Source: Chiloscyllium plagiosum (taxonomy: Eukaryota). From it: a stretch of 64,000 bases of DNA. The notes under the pieces were generated by a model. The model made no database searches. It was given only the letters and a program-made list of their open reading frames with translations, and was not told the DNA's origin. The translations under genes and the position numbers were made by a program. Below are positions 25,511-38,922 of this stretch, one piece after another. The stretch lies in NCBI RefSeq assembly GCF_004010195.1, contig NC_057728.1:33226585-33290584 (forward strand). The letters run 5' to 3'. The first letter of the stretch is position 1. Every line of letters starts with the position of its first letter.

Positions 25511-26524
25511 CATTTGACTTAAAATGGAGCTTTTTGTGAATTAGTTGAACCAACATTAAACAGATTTTCTATATTTGTTCTTCTCACCTTGCAAACTCAT
25601 TGAATTCAAATCAAAACCTCAAGGTCGTCTGCCTCTCTTTCTCATTCTGATAATCACCTCTTAAAAATATTTAGAGGCTTAAAAGCCACAGAAACACAAT
25701 ACAGTTAACAGACAAATATTTTCAAATTGTAGGAAACAAGATGCACTGCATTGGCAATGCACACACATAGGGTCAAGGCTTCAGGTTAAAACATCAAGTT
25801 TAAAATAAGCATTCACATCAGCATTGTATTAAAGGCTTTAAAAGCCACATGGCTTATTCAGTGGATACATTTTAATTGTGTTACAGTGAAACACATGGCT
25901 TACAATTTTTTAAAATTTGATTAAATCTTCATTTTGGATATTAAAGAATTCAGTCACTTGAGGAAAAATGTAAATAAAAAAATAATTTAGAAAGCAGCTT
26001 AATCAATCAATCTCATAGACCCTGTTGGTCAGATAGTACAATTACAGGGCAATCTATCCTAGATACAAAATATGTGTGCCATAAAGGGAAATTAATTTTC
26101 ATCTTCATTATCTGGGCAGCAAATTGGCAAAGCATATTATGTACCATTTCAAAACCTACTCAGTTTTCCAATTTATTGCCTGGAAGATGAAAATTAAAAT
26201 GATGTGTTCAAAACTGAAAAGGGCTATCATAATTCCATCCACAGTAGCAGATACAGATACATCTGATGAATTATCACTGAAATGGCCCACATGGTAAATC
26301 TTTACAGATTGTTAGATATGCATTTCCTCAATGGGAATTCTCATTTTCTTTTTATCTTATGAGGCTTGGTTACAAAAGTATTGAACAGGAAACAGAGAAT
26401 GCTGAATTACTGATGTGGAAAAAACTTATCAAGCTTACATCCCCAAACTAAACTGACTAAGTTATATAAAAAGACCAAAGTAGTGCAGATTCTGGAAATC
26501 AGAAATTGCTAGAAAAACTCTAGC

Positions 26525-28110
26525 TGCATAGGGTCATACAGCAAGTCCAATTCATTGTGCTGACTAGACATCCCAATATGACCAAGTCCCATTTGTCAGC
26601 ATTTGGCCCATGTCCCTCTAAACTGTCCTTATTCATGTACCTATCCATTAAATGTTGTAACTTCCCCACTCCCTCTGGCAGCTTGTTCCATATACGCCCC
26701 ACCCTCTGCATGAAAAAGTTACCCCTCAGGTCCTTTTTGAATCTTGCCTCTCTCATCTTAAACCTATGTCCTCTAGTTATGGACTACTCCATCCGAAGAA
26801 AAAGATCTTGCCTATACACCCAACCCATGCCCCTCATAATCTTACAAACCTCTATAAGGTCAGCCCTCAGCCTCTGACACTCAAGGGGGAAAAAGCCCCG
26901 GTGTATTCAACCTCTCACTGTAACTCGAACCCTCCAGCTCCAACAAAATCCTTGTAAATCCTTTTTTCCACCCTCTCCAGTTTAACAACGTCCTTCCTAT
27001 AGAAGGGCAAACAGAATTGTGTACAGTAGTCTAAAAGCAGTCTCACCAATGTCCTGTACAGCCACAACTTGACACCCCAACTCGAATACTCAATGTTCTG
27101 ACCAATGATGGCAAGCACACCAAACTCCTCCTTCACCACTCTGTAGACCTGCAACTCCACATTTAAGGAACTACACACCTGCACCCCTAGGGGTCCACTT
27201 ACTTGGCAATACTCCCCAGTGCTCTACCATTAACAATACAAGTCCTGCCCTGCTTGCCTTACGAAAATGCAACACCTCACATTTATCTAAATTAGATTCC
27301 ATGTGCCATTCCTCGGCCTATTGGCCCACCTGATCAAGGACTCATTGTATTCTGAGATAATCATCTCCCCTTATTCAAACTTATCCAAATCACTTTTATA
27401 AATGATGAAAAGCAGTGGATCCAGCATCGATCCTTGTTGCACAATGCTGGTCATAGGCCTCCAATCTGAAAAGCAAATCTCTATCACTGTCCTTTGACTC
27501 CTATTTTCAAGACAAACCTGTAACCAATAAGCTAGCTCTCCTTGTGATATAACCTTACTGATAAATCTACCATGCAGAATCTTGTCAAACGCTTTGCTGA
27601 AGTCCATACAGACAATATCTAGAGCTCTGTCTTCTTCAATCTTGTTTTTAACCTCTTCAAAAACCTCAATCAAGTTCATGAGACACAATTTCCCTCAAAC
27701 AAAGGCATGTTGACTATCCCTAATCAATCCTCATCTTTCCAAATGCACGTAAATTCTGCCTCTCAGAATCACCTCCAACAACTTAACTATCACTGATGTA
27801 AGGCTCACCGATCTATAGTTCCCTAATTTTTTCTTACAGCCTTTCTTAAATATTGGCACCTCATTAGCCAAGTTCCAGTCTGTGGCACCTCACCTGTGAC
27901 TGTTGATGATACGAATATCTCAGCAAGGGGCCTAACGATCAGTTCCCTACCTTGCCAAAAGGTTCTGGGAATCACCCAATCAGGTCCTGGGGATTTAAGT
28001 GTTTTAAAACAATAAGCACCTCATCTTCTGTAATTGAACTCTCTTCAAGATACCACTATTTATTTCACGAGTTCCACAGCTTCCATGTCCTTCTCCACAG
28101 TGCCTCTACC
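26525..28110 (-). mobile_element. CR1 LINE, 5'-truncated (RT plus 3' end)
   Basis: ORFs CLMNLIEVFEEV..DFSKAFDK..QGSMLDPLLF, LYRTLVRLLLDY and RGNFFMQRV are CR1 ORF2 motifs. Confidence 0.9.
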
Positions 28111-28147
28111 ATTAGCTTTGTTTTACGAAAACGCAACACCTCAGACA

Positions 28148-28725
28148 GTGTGAGAGAGAGAGAGTGTGTGAGAGAGAGAGAGTGTGTGTGTGAGAGACAG
28201 AGAGNNNNNNNNNNNNNNNNNNNNNNNNNNNNNNNNNNNNNNNNNNNNNNNNNNNNNNNNNNNNNNNNNNNNNNNNNNNNNNNNNNNNNNNNNNNNNNNN
28301 NNNNNNNNNNNNNNNNNNNNNNNNNNNNNNNNNNNNNNNNNNNNNNNNNNNNNNNNNNNNNNNNNNNNNNNNNNNNNNNNNNNNNNNNNNNNNNNNNNNN
28401 NNNNNNNNNNNNNNNNNNNNNNNNNNNNNNNNNNNNNNNNNNNNNNNNNNNNNNNNNNNNNNNNNNNNNNNNNNNNNNNNNNNNNNNNNNNNNNNNNNNN
28501 NNNNNNNNNNNNNNNNNNNNNNNNNNNNNNNNNNNNNNNNNNNNNNNNNNNNNNNNNNNNNNNNNNNNNNNNNNNNNNNNNNNNNNNNNNNNNNNNNNNN
28601 NNNNNNNNNNNNNNNNNNNNNNNNNNNNNNNNNNNNNNNNNNNNNNNNNNNNNNNNNNNNNNNNNNNNNNNNNNNNNNNNNNNNNNNNNNNNNNNNNNNN
28701 NNNNAGGAAAAAAAGAGAGAGAGAG
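28148..28725. repeat. (GA)/(GT) microsatellite flanking a 500-N assembly gap (28205-28704)
   Basis: Directly visible. Confidence 0.95.
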
Positions 28726-28889
28726 AATAGCAGTTGGGCAGAAAAGAATGTGTAAAGGTCAACCTGGGAGAATCATTAGCTGCTAATGGGAATTATTGTT
28801 AGTTGACACTGGGTTGGATGTTGGAGTGGCTCATGAGATGACAAAACCTGGTGTGTGGGGATTGGGAGAAGGACATGGAAGAAGGTGCT

Positions 28890-29190
28890 CAGGGCCCTGA
28901 ACTTATTGAACTTCATGCAGTCCTGAACACTGCAGAGTCCCTAAGTGGGTAATGAGATACTGTTCTTCCAGCTTGTGCTGAGTTTCACTAGAGCACTGCA
29001 GCAAACCTGAGACAGAGATGTTGGCCAGGGAACATGGTGATGTGTTGAGGTGGCAGGTAACCGGAAACTCAAGGTCGTCTTTGTGGACAGAACATAGGTG
29101 TTCCATAAAGCTGTTGTCAAGTCTGGTGTTTTCGTCACCAGACCTGTAGCTTAATTCTGCTTTCTCTTCACAGATTCTGCCATTTCTTGG
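28890..29190 (-). mobile_element. Penelope-like GIY-YIG C-terminal fragment
   Basis: EHLCSVHKDDLEFPVTCHLN...HKLEEQYLITHLGTLQ..GL; homologous to the 1-437 fragment. Confidence 0.75.
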
Positions 29191-29495
29191 CTGAATTCTG
29201 ATCTGTACCCTCTAGTTACAATCTTATTATGTACGTTGGAAACACAAACCTGAAGTTCTTGATTTGTGAGTTTGAGCTTAAAATAAAAAATTAATTCCAG
29301 TCTGATTGTGTTGAACTATTCCACTACTGACAATTTGATCAACACTTGAATTGTCCACTGCTTTTATTTTCCACTTAACTGTAAGATCAATATAACACTT
29401 GTTGCAAAGTCAGTGCTGATGAGTTTATTTCCGATACTCATAAAAGCACTGCCACGATATTTGATATACCTTAAAGTAAGGAGATACCATCTTAC

Positions 29496-29590
29496 TTGTT
29501 GGTAACCAAGCGCATTATCGTCCAGTCTTTTGGAAACATCTCTGGTCTTATCAGAATCTTAAACACTGTAAATATCTGCAACAGAAAATC
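29496..29590 (-). CDS. DOCK4: DOCK4 coding exon (95 nt): DFLLQIFTVFKILIRPEMFPKDWTIMRLVTN(N)
   Basis: cag acceptor, gtaaga donor, phase 0/2; conserved FPKDW motif; not in the ORF track. Confidence 0.95.
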
Positions 29591-29629
29591 CTGAAGGCAA
29601 AATAAAGTTTGCATGTTAATTTCACAGGA

Positions 29630-29990
29630 TTTTTTTTTTTATTCATGCACAGAATGTGAGCATAGCTGGGTAGGCCAGCATTGATTGCCCATCCCTAATT
29701 GCCCAGAGGACAGTTAAGAGTTAACATTATTGCGGGTCTGGAGTCACACACAAGCCAGACCAGGTAAAGAGTCCAGATTTCTTTCTCTGAAAGGGCATTA
29801 ATAAAGGAGATTAGTTTTTCTTAACTGTCAACAATTTCCTGCTCATTATTAGACTCTTAATTCCCCAGATTTTTATTGATTTCAAATTCCATCATCTGCC
29901 ATGGCAGGATTCAAACACAGGTCTCCGAGAATTACCTGAGTCACTGGATGAATAACCGCATGGTCATACCATTAAGCCATTGCCTCTCTG
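29630..29990 (-). mobile_element. tRNA-derived SINE with LINE-derived 3' tail, near full length
   Basis: Minus-strand head ggcaatggcttaatggt...gtttgaatcctgccatggcagat (A/B-box-like); A-rich 3' end at 29630-29640. Confidence 0.8.
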
Positions 29991-30418
29991 TATTTTTATC
30001 TAGGCTGCTGATTCTGAGCATTCCCCTATATATGCATATTTCAAAAGTGTTTATGTGTCTCCCATCCTTTAATCAGACTCCAAATGTAATGCACTGCATG
30101 CAACACTCTAGACTTGTGACTGTATTAGACCATTTCTTGAAACATTCATGCATAGGTTTTTGGATTTCCAGATGTTACATATCTCTATACATTTCATTTT
30201 CCATAGTTAATCAATCATTAAGCAAATAGTGCTTTAACTTGCCCACTGTCTGCATCCAGGTGTTTACAATCTTGATTCTCTCACGTTATTTTGAGCTGTA
30301 ACATGGCCTTTGCTTGATGTTTGTTCAGTCCAAAAGATTCACTGTGTCTCTTCACCAGGCCTGCTATAGTCTGTAAAGAAGATCCATGTATGGCTACACC
30401 TAAGTGCAACTGACTCAC

Positions 30419-30517
30419 CCGGAGATCATCTTTGCTGGCGAAGCTTTCCAGAAGTTGTTGATAATGTTTATCTGTCATTTGCCTTAGCAGAGCAAGCAGA
30501 CATGCCACAAACTCACC
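30419..30517 (-). CDS. DOCK4: DOCK4 coding exon (99 nt): GEFVACLLALLRQMTDKHYQQLLESFASKDDLR
   Basis: cag acceptor, gtgagt donor, phase 0/0. Confidence 0.95.
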
Positions 30518-31899
30518 CTGTTAGAAAACATTTAAAAATAAGGTCATATTTTCACAGGAATTTACAGAGGAAATGACAATGTCAGGTTTAAGATTTTTAA
30601 AACTGTAATTTATGAACTTCAATATTTAAATAAAGAAATTTGAATGTATTTTCATCAAAAGGAGGTCAGCTGCATGACATCTTGAACAGAGTGACTACAG
30701 CAAATCAGAAATAGCTATTGATTCCTTTGAGTTGTGTATCTATCATTTAAAATGCCTGAAACTATAATCTGTCAAAAGAATATTATCTTGTAGCAAAATA
30801 GGTGGCATTTTGGCCCATCATTCCTGTGTTGCCTCTTTGAAACAGCTATCCAATTGTCTCTACTCTTCTGCTCTCTCCCCATAGCCCAACATACGTTTCC
30901 TTTTCAAGGAGTAACCTGCTGTTGCTGTCCAGGTTGACTGCTAGAGAATGCCAATTAACTAAAGTTCCGGGGAGCTGGCTGCAAATGACTGTGAACCATG
31001 GCATGAACTGGTACAGCTGGGAACAGACAGTGTGATTCAAGTTGACAAAGTGTAAAAGGATGACAGGATTATGATTTGAGGGAGCAGTGTGCTCTATATT
31101 TTTTCCACAAATGACTTGCAATTATACTTTGAATTGAAGTAGAAATAAATGTCAAGTTTTAGAAGTCTTACTTTACAATGGCACAAGATAAACTTAAGAC
31201 GATTTGTTTGAAGCTGTCAGTTTTTTCTTCAGTCAAATCTTGAAGCAGCACAATGCTTGCTTCAGTGTGGTTTTACATCGATTTTGATCAGTTTGAGTAC
31301 CTGGCTTATGCTCAAAATCTGAATGTGAGCATCCATGCTGAGTGACAGCAGATTACTGATGCACATTGATGCAGTGAGCAAGTCGGTGGCTCATGATATC
31401 GTGGACTGAGGCTTTGGCCTCTCGTTCCAGGTCACGAGCTAATGAAGGATGTCAGTAACATGATCTATCTATAATTGCCATCACAACCTTCTCTCACCTA
31501 TGTCTACATAACAAATGTACTGGATGTGACATGTACTGCACTGTAAATGCTAATGAGTGAGACCTGCAGAGTGTTTAATCAGAGAGCTACGAGTGCAGTA
31601 TTGGTATTTAATAATTTTGGAATCCAATAAATCTGATTCGCAGAACAGGTGTTTCAAAACTTGGCATGATGCTGTTTTGACAAGTTTCCAAAAACTTGGA
31701 AGAACAGAAATTTCATTTGAATGATTGTGTAACGCTTTGAATGCCGTGGTCAAGAATCAAACTGTTCATAATTTACACAAAGGAAAATAATATTAAACAT
31801 TGCTTATGATGCATCACCAAATTATGGCAGATTTTAGACAGTAAGTTTCATGACATAGTTAATCTAGAACTACAGTCTTAAATCTAAACAAAGAAAATG

Positions 31900-32955
31900 A
31901 TGAAGGTATGAGTGCAAATCGGCTGTGTCTGGACTGGGAAAATACATTAAAAGGTCTGATGGTATACAGGCAATGGTTCGAACTTAAATAATTAATACAT
32001 GGTTTACAACAACATGACAGGAATCGATGCACTGATCCTTACTGTTTTTGTTGCGTACATTAACGATTTGGATGTGAACAATAATTATTAAGTTTACAGA
32101 TGATACAGAATCTGGTAGTGATGTTGATAGCGAGGAGGGTGGCCTAAGGCTACAGTCTTATATTGATCAGCTGGTAAATTCGTCAGAGCAATGGCAGACG
32201 GAATTTAATCCTGATAAGTGCAAGGTGATGCGTTTTGGGAAGTCTAATAAATGAAAGATATACACAATGAATGGTAGGTTCCTCTGAGGAACAAAGGGAA
32301 CTTGGTGTACAAGTCAATAGATCCCTGAAGGTGTCAGCACAAGTAGATTGGATGATGAAGATGACATCCAGGATGCTTGCCTTCATTAGCTGGGCCACAG
32401 AATATCAGGGCAAGGAATTCTTGATACAACTGAAAATAAAACATTGGATAGGCCACAGATGTAACATTGTGTGCAGTTCTGGTCACCACACTATCAGAAG
32501 GGTGTGACTGCACTGAAGAAGGTGTGGAGGAGATTCCCCAGGATGCTGCCTGGGATCAAAAGTCTCACTTTTGAGGAGAGACTGGATAGACTGGGTTTGT
32601 TTTCTTTGGAGCAGAGGCAGGTGAGGGGGGAACCTATTGAAGTATACAAAATTATGAGAGACACAGAGTGGATGGTGAGAATCTTTTCCCCATGGCAGAT
32701 GTGTTTGAGATCAGACAGCACAAGTTTAAAGGTGAGGAGTAACTGATTTAGAGGAGATCTAAGAATTTTTTTTCACCTAAAGGGTGGTAGAAATACAGAA
32801 TATGCTGCCTGAGAGGGTGGTTGACATGGTATTCTGACAACAATTAAGAAGCACTTGGATGAGCACTTAAAACGCCAGGGCACAATAAGCTATGGATCAA
32901 GTGCTGGCAAATGGGATGAGAGCAGTGGTGTCTGTCTCAATGCTGTATGACTGTA
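31900..32955 (+). mobile_element. CR1 LINE 3' portion
   Basis: KFTDDT, FNPDKCKVM, QFWSPHYQK and EERLDRLGLFSLEQR motifs; ends in ctgtatgact. Confidence 0.85.
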
Positions 32956-33109
32956 GAGTACACATTTCTGCTCAGTACAAAAACGTCAACATGAAAATTA
33001 AGTCAACCATAGCTAACAAAAGTAGTTAAAGATTGTATTATCTCCAGGAGGAGATTTACACAGATTATTCAAAAAGCAGTAAGCATGAGGATTGGGAGTT
33101 TTGTGAAGG

Positions 33110-33970
33110 AGGACCAAGAAAGGGAGAATAAAACCGGAGTTTTAACTGGCAATAAACAGATTGATTGTATGTAAAAAGAACAAAATTAGGAGACAAATGT
33201 AGGTCCATTATGGACAAACACAAAAACATTTATGATTGGAAATAGGGAAATGGCAGAGGAAATGAGTGTTATTTTGTGTCTACCTTTATTCAACAAGACA
33301 AAAAAACTATCAGAAATCATAGATATCCAAAAGCCTGGTGAGAATGAAGAAGAAGCGAAAGAAATTAGTATCAGTTAAAAAAAGACAGTAGTATTTTAAA
33401 AATTAATGGGACTAAAAATTTATAATCCCCTGGACCTACTCATGAACATTACAGTGTTGACAAAGGTGGCTCTAGAGAGAGTGCCAAGTTGATAGTCATC
33501 TTTCAAACTTCTATAGATTCTTGAATGATGCCTGCAGACTTGAAAATTGCAAGTATAGTCTACTGTTTAATAAAGGAAGGGGGACTGAAAGCATAGAATT
33601 ACAGAGCAGTTAGTCTGACAATAGCTGTAAGAAAAATGCCAGAATATAAAAATTAAATCATCCGATTGGACAAAGTCAATGTGATTTTATCAAATGGAAA
33701 TCAGATTTGACAAGCCTTTTGGACTTTGACAATATTACTGTCAAGCTAGATAAGAGAAAACCAGTGGATGTGGCAAATGTAGATGTTAAAAGGTTTCTGA
33801 TAATGAATACTGAGAAGAGGAGGAATATTAAAAGGGTAGTAAATCTTATACAAGTTAAATCATTGAGTATTTAAAGACAGAGATTGATAGGCATCTACGT
33901 ACTAGTGACATCAACGAATATGGGGGACAGGATCGAGGGGCTGAACGCTCTGTTCCTCTTCCCACATTAC
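33110..33970 (+). mobile_element. Degenerate CR1 LINE fragment (RT N-terminal region plus tail)
   Basis: Degenerate SPGP, DLKIASIV.LFNKG...NYRAVSLT and VDVA.VD motifs. Confidence 0.65.
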
Positions 33971-34579
33971 TAATATTAGGTGAGAAATGGACATCCATTT
34001 TTCCATCCCATACATAGAATGGATACTTAAAGGTCACAGAAGGACATGTGACTCAAAACGATCCAGTAAAAACAATGTGGTCAGAATTAAAATATATAAA
34101 CAATTCCTGTTGGAAATCTCCAATGTAAAATTAATTATTTTGTCAAATCTAATGTGCTATTTGCAGAACAATATCATAATCCCATAATCAGCAACTTGAA
34201 GATGTTCATCCTGCTTTTATTGATGAAGTAAAAATGCTTTCCAAAACATTGCAAGTATTCTGAATTTTTATTTATTATGAGACCGTAAACTCTAACATAC
34301 ATCTGAACACAGTAGGTGTTTCATATCTCTCTAGTTCAATGGGCAGCTTTAAGAACATTATTTCACAGTGGTCTAGGTGTGCTGTCATTTCAGCTTGGAT
34401 TATCCGCTCAAGTGTCATAGTGAGATTTGATCTCACGAAGTTCTAGTTCACAGTTCAATGAGACAGGTCTTGTAGCACAGTGTTGGCAAACTGTCTCTTA
34501 GTCAGAAGCTTCAGTTTCAAGCCCCTCTCCAGGCTACAGGGAGTGTCAAAGCGTACACTGCCGTAGGAAATCAGACTTT

Positions 34580-34695
34580 TGGGGAGCTGTTTGGCTCAGC
34601 TGGCTGGACAGCCAGTGTGGATCAGATTGGTATCAACAGCACTGGGTTCAATCCTGTTCTGGCTGAGATGAATTCAGGATTTGCCTCCTTGCTTT
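34580..34695 (+). mobile_element. tRNA-derived SINE head
   Basis: A-box TGGCTCAGCTGG and B-box GGTTCAATCC; related degenerate copy near 55090-55300. Confidence 0.55.
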
Positions 34696-35892
34696 CTTCA
34701 TAGTGTGTGGGTCAGATCAGACAGAGAAGTCAAGATGATAGGATGATATAGGCTCAATCACGATGTGACAACTCCTAAAGTCTGACAGAATTTTGTCGTC
34801 TCCCACTGGCAGGTTTTTAGGGTCAGGGCTTTGAAAAATCTCCTGAGTGGTCTTCTCATTGGTTTCTCCAGACTAGTTTGTAATTTTATAACTTTGACGA
34901 AAGTATGGGTCACTTCCCGCCCATTATCAGGGCAGTTGCTGGGATGATGGTCCTTGGCATGTCTAATGACAATGGAGATGCTGTGATCAGTGGGGAAACA
35001 TTCACCACCAACTGACTCTTCTGGTGTCTGGAGCAAGACTGTCAGCTAAAACATCCTACACCAAAGCATTTCCCACTAAAAATATATCCTAACGAGTCAG
35101 ATACAATTAGGTACTTGTATTTTCTGTGCTGTTTTTAATTTTTTTCTTTTCGATGAATGTTGTGTCTTGAATTTAGCTGTTTTAGGAATTTGATATTGCA
35201 GATGCAAAGAAATCATTTATACTGGCCACAGATAAACTCTTGAGGGGCAATTTGGATCAAAGGGGCACCTCTTCAAATAGAGGTAAGCTTCTCAGAAATC
35301 ATGTTTCGCACAAACTGCAGTGGAAACCTCCAACATGTTTTGCCAAAAAGCTGGATTTTGAGTCAAAACTGATGAGTTTTTGTTAGATTGTGACATAAAA
35401 AAATATAGAGTAAAGGTGAGTAAATATAAAGTTAATTATAGGACTAAGTAAATATAGTGTTAAATATAAGACGAAGTATAGCCTGCTTTTCTTTCCCACA
35501 ACTGTGCTGCAGGTGATTTAAAAAAATGGCAACTTTAATTTAATCTAAAAATTGTTATTTCATATCTTGTATATGGTAGTACAAGGATTTGATTAAAATA
35601 TTAACCAAATGGAAATTTTTTCAGTAAACTGTTCTAATTTAATATCACATTGCAAGCAATACAAGTGTGTCCTTATTAACATATGACTAGATAGGCCACA
35701 TTCAAAACTATAGTCAGTGCAATATTTCCCCTGGGGAAAGTATGTCAACTGGACAATTGTATAAATGTAGAGTTTAGCTATCTGCAGTACAATAAATACC
35801 TACAAATAGAGTCCAAAAAATCTCAAATTAAGTGCACTCGCAGAGGCACCTCTGACAGTATATTTACAGGGTACAATATACTATATACTTAC

Positions 35893-36027
35893 AGTCACGT
35901 CCTGAAACTGCAGACGAATTGTCGGTCCAGAGGGTTGTGACCTGTTGCTGATTTCTAGTATGGTTCTCAGCAGCACACCTAGCAAGCTGTCTACAAGCAT
36001 GTCCACCTCCTCTGAAGCAGTTATTTC
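35893..36027 (-). CDS. DOCK4: DOCK4 coding exon (135 nt): EITASEEVDMLVDSLLGVLLRTILEISNRSQPSGPTIRLQFQDVT
   Basis: cag acceptor, gtaagt donor, phase 0/0; within ORF 35881..36063. Confidence 0.95.
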
Positions 36028-36452
36028 CTGAATGATAATAAGATCAATTGCAACAGTTGCCAAATAAATTTACGTACAATTTACAGCACAGAAACAGGCC
36101 ATTCAGACTAAAAAGGACGAGACTGGGCAATAATTAATTTAACAAGCCCACATTTCAAGAAGTTGGTTAGTGCAAGCTTGATTTCCATCTGTAACAATCA
36201 ATAAAACTGCACATTTGAAAGTTGAACAGATTTACTGGACCTAACTGTAAAATCCTAACTGCATTGTTCAGGTTTTGAAGCATTATTTAGAATAGTATTG
36301 TGTGTAAGATATACTTGACTTAGCATGTTTCCTTTTAATAAATGACACTTGTACAATAAGAGATTCAACTTTGATGGACACAAAATCTAAAGGAGTTACT
36401 TTTTGTTTGCCTGCGATAAACATATATTAAGCTAAATAATGAACAACAGTAT

Positions 36453-37165
36453 TGTTATGAAGATGTGGGTGTACTGTACCTTTAAGAGAGTTAAAAGCTA
36501 GAGGAACTACCTGAAACAGCACCAATTGTCCAGAATAAAGTAACAATGTAACACTTTGTCAAACGCTAGGTTAGCCAGTTGTTTGGAAATGACAAAACAG
36601 ATTCATACTAGGCCAATCAGTTCAAATTATACCCCAAGAAAACCTACTTCCAATCAAGTTTGAATTTAGTATATTGACATTTTTAAAAGCCAAATACACA
36701 ATGAGATGCTTTCGGGGTATAAGACCAGAGAAAATTGAACAGCTGGAGAAAGAATTGTCAAGCCAACGACATCTGCAGACTGCCTGGAAAATAGTTCTCT
36801 TAAAGGTACCTTTATTGATCTGTGATCTGTGAAGCATAATCCCTAAGAAAAGAAGACACAGGAAGATCTAAACAGAAGACTCGACAGCTGGCTGGTTTTG
36901 AACACCTATATTTTTGGTAAATCATAATCAGGGGGGTTTATCAGACCAGTATTATAGAAGGGAAGGTGAAAGATAAGTGAGAGGAAGGAGGTGTAAATAG
37001 TTGTTAGTTAAATATTCTCTGTTATACCTTAAGAAATAAAGTGGTTAATTTTTACTTTAAAAATAGTTCTTGGTCTCTCGAATTTTCACAGGTTATGGCA
37101 CTGGATAGATCTTTTCTGTGTTGCTGGTTTAAGTTAAGCAGGAAGGTTTACCACATGTCGTAAGA
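36453..37165 (+). mobile_element. Solo LTR (713 bp) with 4-bp TSD GTAT
   Basis: Termini TGTTATG...CGTAAGA (~CGTAACA) flanked by gtat on both sides; internal ccaat, ggtataag and aataaa. Confidence 0.75.
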
Positions 37166-38375
37166 GTATCAGTAGGTATGATTTAAATGATTGGCTTATT
37201 TGCAGAAACGGGTTAACCTAAACAAAATTGAGAATTTTCAATTCGAAGAAAAGTTTTTAATGTTCCTGTTATTTCCATCTGGTCCATGAAGCAGGTCAAA
37301 CCTTAATTGGGAAATCACATCACAAAAATTGTATTATAATTCGTTTCTTTAAATATTACAGCTCCCCCCCCCGCCCCCGCCACCCCAAAAAATTCCACAA
37401 CACAGGTGTCCTGAATATCAGTTGTTAACTGTTTTTGTTCTCATTTTTGATCACTGAACCTGCCAAAGTGTGTGAGATCTAGGTAAAGCTCTCAATTTCT
37501 GTACCTTTGCTACATCAGGCAGTGTTTTTGGAATACTCCATATTACCTTGGATGCCAAAGGGAAGAAAGATATTGGTGAACATGCAGATCGCTGTTATAG
37601 CCAAACCGTCGGAAGTCAAAATGTTGACTCCAACTTGGAATTTCAGGTTCATTCCAGATCATTTTCATTCAGAAGGTTGTCTGAAATGCCAAGTTGTATC
37701 TATGACAACCCTATGTGCATCCTGAAAAACCCCTCAAATTCAGAAGTTTCAGAATGCCCTGCAACCCAGAGCAAAGTTAATCTTGTAAGGGATGGATGTG
37801 GGCTCCATTCCTAAAAGGCCATCTTGTAAAATTGTCCAAATGGCCTGATGCATTAAGGTCTGGACTTAGGTTGGGGCTAGTTGAATAATTAACAGTTTTC
37901 ATCACAGCAGCCATAGATTTTTGAGGCCCAGTTTAACAACGGTTATATTGACCTAAAACCTTGCATGAAAGATGATTTTTTTCATATCAACAACCTGTAT
38001 TGAGTAATTATGCAGGACAGTAAATTTATTGCATTAGTCATCTGACTAATACTTAATTACACAATATTCAGCAACAGAGAAAACAGCAACCAGCTGAGGC
38101 CAAGCTCAAAATAAACTTCAAGGTCATTTTAATCATAAGATATCAGAACAGTTTGCAGTGCACTATTCTTAATTTAAGAAAAATGATTTACCATTGTTTA
38201 GGGTATTGCATTTGTGTGTTTCTTTGTCAGGGTGAGACAGAGATTGTAGGTCTGCAGTTAAATCACATATGAAAGGAAGCTGTTGCAGTGGGAATGGATT
38301 TCCCAGTGATGATGAATGAAGGGAACAATACAAAGTTGTATCAAGTGTCAAGGGAATAAATGATAACAGAGTCAC

Positions 38376-38715
38376 AATGGGCAGAATTACTTCTGAAGTC
38401 TTTTTATGGGTCGATTTGTTCCAGGCACAATGTAGAGGTGAAGAAAATTAGAGAATCTATTCACTGCAAATTTGGGGCGGCACGGCTGCCTCACAGCGCC
38501 ACAGACCAGTGTTCAATTCCCGCCATGAGCGACTGAATGGGCAGAATTATTTCTGAAGTCTTTTTATGGGTCGATTTGTTCCAGGCACAATGTAGAGGTG
38601 AAGAAAATTAGAGAATCTATTCACTGCAAATTTGGGGCGGCACGGTGACTCAGTGGTTAGCACTGCTGCCTCACAGCGCCACAAACCAGTGTTCAATTCC
38701 CGCCATGAGCGACTG
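38376..38715 (+). repeat. Tandem duplication (160 bp + 180 bp) spanning unique flank and SINE head
   Basis: 38376-38535 versus 38536-38715: 2 substitutions and one 20-bp deletion. Confidence 0.95.
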
Positions 38716-38922
38716 TCTGTGTGGAGTTTGCACATTCTCCCCGTGTCTGCATGGGTTCCCTCCAGGTGCCCTGGTTTCCTCCCACAATTCAAAGATGTGC
38801 AGGTCAGGTGAATTGGCCATGCTAAATTGCTGATAGTGTTAGGTGCATTAGTCAGGGGTAAATATNNGCCGAAGGGCCTGTTTCCACACTGTAAGTAATC
38901 TAATCTAATCTAATCTAATCTA
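38634..38922 (+). mobile_element. HE1-like V-SINE (tRNA-derived) with (AATCT)n tail
   Basis: A-box tgactcagtgg, B-box gttcaattccc, V-domain-like tgtgtggagtttgcacattctccccgtgtctgc, microsatellite tail. Confidence 0.9.

Noticed and set aside
27952-28786. Long ORFs of 200-267 aa
   Set aside because: They are open only because they cross the 500-N gap and a GA/GT microsatellite.
38634-38710. tRNA gene
   Set aside because: The A/B boxes continue into a V-SINE body and microsatellite tail, so this is a SINE head.
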